64,000 nt of DNA from the NCBI GenBank assembly GCA_965215265.1, contig OZ244048.1, positions 3,712,001 to 3,776,000 of the forward strand, written 5' to 3'. Below are positions 19,319 to 27,400 of the stretch, in pieces. The number at the start of each line of letters is the position of its first letter. The first letter of the stretch is position 1. The position numbers were made by a program, and so were the translations under genes. This DNA is from Candidatus Poribacteria bacterium (GTDB taxonomy: Bacteria > Poribacteria > WGA-4E > WGA-3G). Under the pieces are notes generated by a model. That model ran no database searches and was not told where the DNA came from. It saw nothing but the letters and a program-made list of their open reading frames with translations.

Positions 19319-20137
19319 AGGTGCTACCTCCATGTCACGCGTATGCCGGGCTACCAGCTCTATCAACTCTTCTTGTTCTTCCTTTGAACGCCGATGCACA
19401 ATCAGCGATACCAGATACATTATCGCTTCCCTACGCTGCCCTGAATCTGCCGCATCAAGTGTCTCCAACTGCGTCAAAGTCTCCACTAAGGCACGGCTTA
19501 TAGACGCTTTGTCCGAATCTTTTTGTTGAAGCACTCTCATCAGCCACCCGAACGGATGCGCCGCCTCTGTCAGCGTCGCCTTGTCTGTGCCTTTCAGATT
19601 CAGAAATAGGATGTCAAATCTCGGAACGAATCGAGAGAGCGCCGCAGGCAGATTCATCAGCGCCTCAAGTGTCAGTGGCTTTTCCCACCGCCGCTCCCCC
19701 GTGTAAAACACCACGGGCAGAATCGGCGGCAATACACGCTCTCCTCTCGGCACCTTCTCTGCCGCCCACCGCCGCCGCTCTGCGTCCCAAATCAGCATCA
19801 TGTAGAAAAGCACACGAAACCCCATCGTCGCATCTACCGTTGATTGGTGTTCAATCAGCAGATAGATAAGCAGCTCTGCCGCACCCTCATCACCATTACT
19901 TTTGAAGGGCACCCGATATACAATGTCTGCCTCTTGTTCTCGGAGCGTCGCAGGCAGCAGGCTCCTATTGATTGGAACCAGATGCTCAAAGTCAATCAGT
20001 TCGGCGAGTTCTGCCGCAACGATTTCTAACAAGCCCCGGACGTTTTCCCTGTTTTCTAATAAGCGGCGTATGCTCCGATCGGAAAAGTTCGAAACAGACA
20101 TCTCGGACAAAAAGTCGTGGATGTCCCTCTTCTGCAT
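19073..20137 (-). CDS. Rpn/YhgA-like recombination-promoting nuclease (PD-(D/E)XK)
   Basis: 'EQEADIVYRV...IYLLIEHQS', 'LPPILPVVFYTGE..W' and a C-terminal 'ERGIAQGIEQG' coiled repeat. AGGAG RBS. Confidence 0.92.
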   Translation of the reverse strand: MQKRDIHDFLSEMSVSNFSDRSIRRLLENRENVRGLLEIVAAELAELIDFEHLVPINRSLLPATLREQEADIVYRVPFKSNGDEGAAELLIYLLIEHQSTVDATMGFRVLFYMMLIWDAERRRWAAEKVPRGERVLPPILPVVFYTGERRWEKPLTLEALMNLPAALSRFVPRFDILFLNLKGTDKATLTEAAHPFGWLMRVLQQKDSDKASISRALVETLTQLETLDAADSGQRREAIMYLVSLIVHRRSKEEQEELIELVARHTRDMEVAPMAETMAEFLFERGIAQGIEQGACQNAIKNITAVLNARFPGCDIETATQQLETLSNLEHLEQLLLTAVKTDSFQAFLQALEL

Positions 20138-20198
20138 ATTAGACTCCTAAAACGCCACAGGGGGCAAGTGCTTTCCTTCTTAAAACGGCTACGTCTTT

Positions 20199-20227
20199 AT
20201 AATAACACATCAGGGAATCATTGTCAA
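20199..20227 (-). promoter_or_regulatory. Sigma70-type promoter for rpn gene
   Basis: Minus strand reads TTGACA-17 nt-TATTAT. Confidence 0.7.
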
Positions 20228-20261
20228 GCAAAGAGAGACAAATCAGGCGGAGAAAAAAGAG

Positions 20262-20344
20262 AAAGAGGTGTGATAGCATTCGGCACACGGCCTACTCACC
20301 ATCACACCTCTGCTTTTATCTTTCGCTGCACATAAAACGAGCCG
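20262..20344. repeat. 83-bp direct repeat, copy 2 (upstream of rpn promoter)
   Basis: Near-identical to 18894-18976. On the minus strand the hairpin is followed by a T-rich tract (TTTCTCTTTTTT). Confidence 0.95.
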
Positions 20345-20415
20345 CACAAAATGCGGTTTGACTTGATACAAAAACGCACCGGTTACAGCAAGAACCAACC
20401 AAAAAATGAGCACAT

Positions 20416-20475
20416 TATTAACATATAGTTAATATTTTACCCTATTTCTAACACTTTTTTAACTTATAGTTAATA
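20416..20475. promoter_or_regulatory. Tandem dyad protein-binding sites TTAAC-N5-GTTAA
   Basis: TTAACATATAGTTAA at 20418-20432 and TTAACTTATAGTTAA at 20459-20473, 41 bp apart. Confidence 0.55.
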
Positions 20476-20528
20476 AATTATGGCGACACGATATGCACGC
20501 AGATCGGAAGGGGTAAAGGAGTAAAGAT

Positions 20529-21572
20529 TTAAGGAGTAACAGCCCTCACACACCGGAACCCGGCGCCGTAGCTGCCCGCGGCCGTTGGTATACCCCCGAA
20601 GCGATTAGCGGCGCGCAGGAGCCGCGTATTACCGAACCAGGTACTGCCGCGCAACACGCGATATGACCAAACATCTGTATAGTTATCTACAATCTCATCC
20701 ACATTCGCTATCGTTCCGCCACTCACCCCACTCAACGGATTCCGAGATGGAGAATTAGCATAGAAATTCGCATCCCACTCATCAAGACACCACTCCGACA
20801 CGTTGCCTGCCATGTCATATAGCCCATACCCGTTCGCAGCATAACTCCCCACAGCCGTTGTATCGTTTACATTCCTATCGTAGTTCGCGTTCGCAGGGGA
20901 TATCGTATTTCCCCACGGATACTTCCGTCCTGCCTCCCCACCGCGGGCCGCTTTCTCCCACTCCGCCTCCGTTGGAAGACGCTTCCCTGCCCACGCAGCA
21001 TACGCCATCGCACCATACCACGACACACGTGTCACGGGATGGTCCCCCTTACCCACTGGATAGTTATTACCTTCCCAATGCCATAGGTAACTACCTATGT
21101 GGAAGGCATCCGGAATCCGCGTCTTCTGCCACTCGGGATTCGCCAGCACAAAACTTTTATACTCGGCGTTCGTCACTTCGTGCGTGTCCATATAGAACGC
21201 GTCCACATGCACTGTATGCACAGGTTGTTCGTTATCCCACGCATCAGCATCCTCACTGCCCATCTGGAACTCGCCCGCGGGGATGAGCACCATCCCTGCA
21301 GGTGGCGGCACGGCTTTGCCCAGGTGCCCCGCTACCAAGATTAGATCGAGGATATTCACAATACCATCACCGTTTACATCAGGAGTCGGCCCCTCAGCGG
21401 TAACCGCAACCTCCCCAAAATGAGACGCAACCCCAGCCAAATCAAGCACATTTATGACTCCATCGCCATTGAAATCGAAAGCCTTTAGCGTCTCAAAATC
21501 CGAGGCTTTGATAGAAACACACAACACCGCGACAAGCAACAAGCTCAGAATCGGTACACCTTTTTTATTCAT
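20529..21572 (-). CDS. Secreted dockerin-like plus FGE-sulfatase (SUMF1/CLec-fold) domain protein; candidate DGR target
   Basis: Signal peptide and two 'D.NGDG..N.LDL' EF-hand repeats. FGE motifs 'MVLIPAGEFQMG', 'HEVTNAEY', 'RLPTEAEWEKAARG', 'YGLYDMAGNVSEW', 'GFRC'. ATG 21572 follows AAGGAG. Confidence 0.9.
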   Translation of the reverse strand: MNKKGVPILSLLLVAVLCVSIKASDFETLKAFDFNGDGVINVLDLAGVASHFGEVAVTAEGPTPDVNGDGIVNILDLILVAGHLGKAVPPPAGMVLIPAGEFQMGSEDADAWDNEQPVHTVHVDAFYMDTHEVTNAEYKSFVLANPEWQKTRIPDAFHIGSYLWHWEGNNYPVGKGDHPVTRVSWYGAMAYAAWAGKRLPTEAEWEKAARGGEAGRKYPWGNTISPANANYDRNVNDTTAVGSYAANGYGLYDMAGNVSEWCLDEWDANFYANSPSRNPLSGVSGGTIANVDEIVDNYTDVWSYRVLRGSTWFGNTRLLRAANRFGGIPTAAGSYGAGFRCVRAVTP

Positions 21573-21662
21573 TGTAAAGAACTCCTTATTTTTCAAGTGA
21601 ATCTATTTGTTCGTTTTTTGACGTGCCGGGGAGCGGGGCACGCTGCACCGCCCTTTCCGGCC

Positions 21663-22271
21663 TTACTTCCTAATCAACATCTTCTGCGTGGCGGAGAAGT
21701 CGCCCGCGCGCAGCGTATAGAAATAGATACCACTCGCAACACGCTCACCAGAGGCGTTGCGCCCATCCCAATACGCGGCGCGTGCCTTGCTCTCGTAGCG
21801 GCCCGCCGCTTGAGGCCCTAACGCTAACGTCCTAACCAAATGCCCGTCCAACGCATAGATGGACACCTCCACATCCGCTGACACTGCCAACTGATAAGGT
21901 ATCCACGTCTCTGGGTTGAACGGATTCGGATAGTTCGCTAACAGCCGTGGCCGCGCCACGGGCTGCATCTCGGTTAGCACCTGCTCAAGGTTCGCTATCC
22001 CCTTTGCAAAAACCGCGGAGCCGTCATTGTTGGCACGTAACAGCGACAACCACTCTGCAACCGTTTCGTGAGAAACCGAGTCAGCGGACACGGCAGGCAA
22101 GCTACGGTCTATGCCTGCCTGCCCGTTAACCGGCGGGGCGATGTGCCGCGTCTCTGAGTGAACCGGCATCAAGCCGCGTTGCGCTCTTACCAGCCCGTAG
22201 CAGGCAAACACTAACACCAGCCCCCCTAACAAAACCACGATGCCTTTTTTCGGGTTCATCCAATCTTTCAT
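21663..22271 (-). CDS. Secreted protein made almost entirely of the FlgD-Ig/T9SS-type-A-like C-terminal domain
   Basis: Signal peptide, then 'TVAEWL...GIANLEQVL...LLANYPNPFNPETWIPYQL...YWDGRN..GE.VASGIYFYTL.AGDFSATQKMLIRK'. Homologous to the C-terminus of 57905-60361. Confidence 0.85.
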   Translation of the reverse strand: MKDWMNPKKGIVVLLGGLVLVFACYGLVRAQRGLMPVHSETRHIAPPVNGQAGIDRSLPAVSADSVSHETVAEWLSLLRANNDGSAVFAKGIANLEQVLTEMQPVARPRLLANYPNPFNPETWIPYQLAVSADVEVSIYALDGHLVRTLALGPQAAGRYESKARAAYWDGRNASGERVASGIYFYTLRAGDFSATQKMLIRK

Positions 22272-22506
22272 TTCAAAAATCCTTTCGGACGATGACGTAC
22301 AGTATCTATGCCATTATGGCAACGGTCAAGTTTATCAGAAAACAACGTTTTTTGTCTGACTCAAAGGTTAGTTGGCATTATTGCACAATGAACGTTTTTT
22401 GGCAACTCTTTTTTCCGAATTAAAAAAGAGACGAATACATTCTAGCAGAAAACAATACTTTTTGTCAAACTTTTTTCTCACATCCGGATTATCATCAAAA
22501 AACCTT

Positions 22507-24498
22507 TTAGAATTTGCCAAAAACCCGCACGAAGAGCTCCATGAAATTCTGATCATTCACTTCACCTATTGCACGCTGATCGATGTATCGGGCACCGATG
22601 TGCAGAAAGAGTTGCTTGCGGTATGCGACAAAACTCTTTTCCATCTCCGCCAATAGGGCCTGCCGTACAAAATCGTTATCGTCATGAATCATGTCGTTAA
22701 AGAGCAGAATCTGTCCGCCGCCGGTAAGTTTGATGGTTTTTGTGAATTGATAGACGACTTTGAGGATGAGTGCGGGTGTCATATCGCGTACATCCGCCTG
22801 TTCGATTTTGCGGAGTCGTAGGCGGCGGGTAAGGAGCATCCCCTCGATTTCCTCTTTCAAGACGAGGTCTTCAAGCCGGTCCTCAGCCATCCGGAATCCA
22901 TTTCGGACGGTGTATTTGAACATAGGACTGATTTCGAGTGATTTGGAAGGTCTCAGTCGATAGAGCATTTTGAAAATTCCGACTTCGTAATGTTGATTGT
23001 GATTGTCGAAATCGATATTATATTGAAGTTTCGCACGGGCGGTTGTAACGAGCCGGTCGATGCCTAGGTATTCCCAGGTAATTTTCGCGGTGTTAATGAG
23101 GTCGTTCTGCATGAGAAGCGGGTCTCTGCGTCGTCTTTCTACTTCAGTTCCTCCGTCAACGTTGAAGAACTGCAAATCGCCGTTTGCCTCTAATTCGGTG
23201 ACTTCTGGCTGTGCACGATAGAGTCGCTCCTCTGCTTTGCTTAGGAATCCTGCATAATACCATGTTTCATCAGGGATTCGGTCTTTTACGAGTTTGAGTT
23301 CGTTTTCAAAGACGAGTGAAGAGGCGCGTGCGAGTTGTCTCTGGTAAATGAGATTGGCGAAGGCTTTGGTTGAAGAGGGTGTATTTCTGAGTCTGAGGTT
23401 TTTTTCGAGTTGCAGTCCGAGGTCCCAATCAACGATGCTTCCTTGAAGTTTCTGTTTACGGTTCATGAAGAGGCGTATGCCTTGGAGTCCGACATTGAAT
23501 TCGTAATTAGGTTCTTTATCGTTTTCTTCCTCGTCGCGGATTCCGTTGTTGTTGGGGTCGCTTTCATCAAGGAAGTCTTCATCGACATCAAAAAGCAGAA
23601 TATCGTCCTCATAATCAAAGGTTCCATTGTTGTTCTTATCCAGATCGCCTGGGATGATGAGTGAAGGCGGGTCAAGTGGGGTGTTGTCGGTGTACCGGTC
23701 TTGGTCATCATTATCGCCAACCGATCGAGATGCATCAAACCGGGGTCCGACGCGAAAGGCTTCTGCCTGAAAGATCGTGTCTCCGACGGTTTGAAACGCT
23801 TTAAGTACGGTTGTCGTTGCGTCGAAGCGGGAACGGAGTTTTTTTTGTAAGGCGGTTTTGGGTGTGATAGCGACCTCGGCTTTTATGCCGTAGTTTGTGA
23901 AGTTGGTTTCCATATCCACTGCCCAGACGGGTATTTCGCGGAAGTACCAGGAGAGCCCGAGCTGCGATTTGCCAAATTTAGTGACTTCCCGCAGTCCGAT
24001 GCCAGAGCCTTCTGTAGTCTGCTCTTGGCCGTTCAGTCTATTGAGTAGTCCGGGCACCATTAAGATCGTCCAATCCGTGTGTTCGGAGCGGACTTCCCAT
24101 CGCACACCGGAGAGGTCTATCTGATCGAAGGTGAATTTGGTGAAAGTTGTGGGGACTTCCCCGAGGCTCAGGATGTTCTTGACACTGCCTGCGGTCTCCT
24201 CGATCACCATAACGCTGTGGAAGCCGCGCCGGAAGAGCCTATCGAAATCGAAGCTGTCCTGTCGGACCTGTTCTTCTTCAGTATCAGCGAGGAAGTTTCG
24301 CCTATTTGTGAAATCGTATTCAACACGTCCCGACAAAAATAATTTCCCAAATAAGCTGTAGACATCCTCGGCTTCAGCACGGAGAGCAGAGGAAATTAGG
24401 TAAAGAATGATGAGGTAAGCTATGAGTTTTCGGACATTTGCAGGCTGGAGTAGCGCTTTTATGCAGGCAAAGTCCCAGTTTCTATAAGAAACTTTCAA
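22507..24498 (-). CDS. Hypothetical outer-membrane beta-barrel-like protein with Asp-rich Ca-binding-like loops
   Basis: Hydrophobic signal-like N-terminus, 'DLDKNNNGTFD' and 'DPNNNGIRD' loops, amphipathic strands, and C-terminal 'FVRVFGKF' ending in Phe. The TTG start overlaps the upstream stop; the start is uncertain. Confidence 0.7.
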   Translation of the reverse strand: MKVSYRNWDFACIKALLQPANVRKLIAYLIILYLISSALRAEAEDVYSLFGKLFLSGRVEYDFTNRRNFLADTEEEQVRQDSFDFDRLFRRGFHSVMVIEETAGSVKNILSLGEVPTTFTKFTFDQIDLSGVRWEVRSEHTDWTILMVPGLLNRLNGQEQTTEGSGIGLREVTKFGKSQLGLSWYFREIPVWAVDMETNFTNYGIKAEVAITPKTALQKKLRSRFDATTTVLKAFQTVGDTIFQAEAFRVGPRFDASRSVGDNDDQDRYTDNTPLDPPSLIIPGDLDKNNNGTFDYEDDILLFDVDEDFLDESDPNNNGIRDEEENDKEPNYEFNVGLQGIRLFMNRKQKLQGSIVDWDLGLQLEKNLRLRNTPSSTKAFANLIYQRQLARASSLVFENELKLVKDRIPDETWYYAGFLSKAEERLYRAQPEVTELEANGDLQFFNVDGGTEVERRRRDPLLMQNDLINTAKITWEYLGIDRLVTTARAKLQYNIDFDNHNQHYEVGIFKMLYRLRPSKSLEISPMFKYTVRNGFRMAEDRLEDLVLKEEIEGMLLTRRLRLRKIEQADVRDMTPALILKVVYQFTKTIKLTGGGQILLFNDMIHDDNDFVRQALLAEMEKSFVAYRKQLFLHIGARYIDQRAIGEVNDQNFMELFVRVFGKF

Positions 24499-27400
24499 AA
24501 AATATCCTCCGATCCGTAGGATTCAGTGAAGGTGGTCCAGAGTTCTGTACGTTTATCAAGCCTGCTGAGGCCCCGATAGGTGCCGAACCAGACGTAAGTT
24601 CTGCCAATAGCCATAGAAAGGATCCCGTTATGGGTTAAGCCATCTTTTCGGGTGTAAGTTGTCCAACGATTTGTGAGTCGATCGAACCGGCTGATTCCTG
24701 CATTGTATGTCCCGATCCATACGTTTGTGCCATCGACACCGATAGTGGTGACTTTATTGCTAGCGAGGCCATCTTCATCGGTGTAAGATGTCCAATTGTC
24801 GATTTTTTCATTGTATACAGTAACGCCTCGGTCGCTGCCAAACCAGACGCGATTCCCGTCGATAGCGATACAAGTGACCTCGTTGCTTGCCAACCCATCT
24901 GCTGCAGTAATTGTGCGCCAGGTATCTCGTCCAATATCGTAACGACTGACTCCTCGGCGGGTGCCGATCCATACATGTTTTTTGCTTGTAGCAATGCACC
25001 AAATTTCGTCTGTAACCAATGACTCTGCGAATTCCTTTGAGACGGCGGATGGCTGGATTTCGGTGCCGGAGGTATAAGCAATCCAAGCGTTGAGGTCATC
25101 AGCTGTCCGCGGGTATTTGCCGATGCCGGAGGTAGTTCCTACCCAGATGTTATGACCGTCGTTGCTGACAGCCGTCACATTGTTTGCAGGTAATCCGTGT
25201 TCGGTTTTGTACTGATCCCAACGCAGCGCGAGTTTATCAAAGCGATTTGCACCGTCGCGGGTGCCGATCCAGACGTATTGTTCATCAACGACAATGGAGC
25301 TGATAGCGTTATCGGAGAGTGTATCACGAGATTTAGGACGGTGGCGGTGCCAATGCCCCCCGTGCGTCTCTATTGCTTCCGACCCGCCCTTTTGCTGGTA
25401 ATTCTTCCATGTTCCGAGGGATTTATCATAGCGAGACATGCCATTATCTGTACCGACCCATACAAACCGTTCGTCTGTATCTACCGTCCGGATTGTATTA
25501 TCAGCAAGGGTTGGCAAGGCGGTGTAAGCAGCCCATGATTCCTTCTGTTTATCATAACGTGAGAGCCCGCGTAACGTTCCGACCCAGACGTAGTCCTTAT
25601 CGACAGCGAGTCCGTATTCATTGGCGTGGTTATGGAGTAAGCCGTTGCGATCACGAAACGATGTCCAGGTGCCTGATGCGAAATGGAATCTACGCAAACC
25701 TTCATTAGGCGTAGCCAACCAGAGGTAATCTTCATCTGTAGCGAGTTCGGTAGTGCCGTTGCCAGACTTAATCGTGGTCCACTCCTGTGTGCGCTTATCG
25801 TATCGGGTGACTCCTGCATTATCCCAGGGTCTGTAGAGTATCCAAATTGCCTCCTTTGTAGAGATGATTTGTCTGACGGTAGCGGCGGCCAGGACATCAT
25901 TGGTTGAAAATGTGGTCCATTTTTTTGTTTTTTTGTTGTAGCGTGATAGTGGTCGATTGCTATCTCTATCCCATTCAGAGCGTGCGACCCAGATAAAATC
26001 GTCATCGACAGTAATCCATTCTGCGCCTCTTCCGGCCAACCCGTCGCGTGGTGTGAAAAGTCCCCATTCGCCTGTGGTTTCATTGTAACGGTGAAGTCCG
26101 CGCCCTGAACCGAACCATACTTCTGGGCCGTCAACCCCAAGCGCATTCACCCGTTCAATTTCCTCTCTCTTTTCTTGTACGATGACCTTCCATGTGCCGT
26201 CCGCTTTATTGTAACGGTTCAATTCCATTCCTATTATTGGAATGACCCAGACGCTGTGTTTGCTGACAGCAATCTTATCGACATCGTTGGTAGAGAGTCC
26301 ATCTTCGCGCGTAAAATGTTCCCAGGTATCCGCTGCTTTATCGTAACGAAGTACCCCCAAGTCCGTGGTGAACCAGACAGCGTCGGTATCTATATAAATC
26401 CAACGAATTAAAGTCATCGTTTTTTTCTGCGTTGACTTAAGAATATCCATTCGGGTAAAACGCTGCCAGGTTTCGGTCGGACGGTGGAACCGTAAAATAC
26501 ATCCATTGGGGGAAGAGTGCCAGTTATTGAACCAAACGTAGTCTCCGTCAAATTTAATATTAGAGAGTGTGATTTCACGAAGCGGTGTCCGTTCGGGCCG
26601 TGATTGATGCAGCACCGGTTCGCTATTGGGAGTACGATACTCAACAAGTCCGGCAGATGTTGCTAACCAAAGGGTGCGGTCTGTATCGATCAAGATGTCC
26701 CGGATGTTGAAAGAGATGTTTGGGAGAGCTTTCCAAGAGCTGGAAGTAAGCGAGTAGCTGCCAAGTCCACGTGGTGTGCCTATCCAGAGGATATCTTCTT
26801 GGCTGTTAGCAGGATCCGCTGGCTGAAAAGCGAGGGCAGTGACATTGGTGAAGGGTAATTGTTTATTAAACGCCATCGGTTCCCAGCGCTGTTGTGTGTT
26901 GTCATATCGTGCGACACCGTTGCGCGTTCCTGCCCACAACGTGGTACCAGTAGAAAGGAGGACATTCACATACGGATGGGGCAGTCCCTCGGATGCGTTC
27001 TTTAATTTCTTCTCGGCGATGGTGTAATGCAAAATACCTGTCGCGCCGCCGAACCAGACACTTCCGTCGCAGGAAAGCACGGTGGAGATAAATGGAGCTG
27101 TAGAGGTATTCTTCGCTTGCGTTTTAGCACGGAGTGAGATGCATTTTTGAGAGGCCGGGTCATACTTAGCGGGGCCTGAATTCGTCCCGAGCCAGATGAC
27201 ATCAGCATCCTCATCGGTATCGAGTGCTGTCACAAAGGCATCTCTTTGTGCGAGTGTTGACTGGGGTGCATAAAAGGTCCAGTCGCCGCCTGAATATGCA
27301 CGTGAGCCAAGTCCTCGGTCCGTAGCGATCCAGATCTGCGGCTCCTTCATCTGACTCGCTTGACTCGTTGATTTTTTTTGGGTTGATTCGGTTGCTTTCG

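Noticed and set aside
18894-20344. 83-bp repeats as a CRISPR array
   Set aside because: Only two copies, 1.37 kb apart, far longer than CRISPR repeats, with no spacer periodicity and no cas genes.
21663-22271. Evidence for a true Type IX secretion system
   Set aside because: The CTD only resembles T9SS type A/FlgD-Ig domains, and no T9SS machinery genes are recognisable in the window.
25481-26146. 221-aa alternative-frame ORF inside the propeller gene
   Set aside because: Same-strand off-frame shadow with no RBS or motif.
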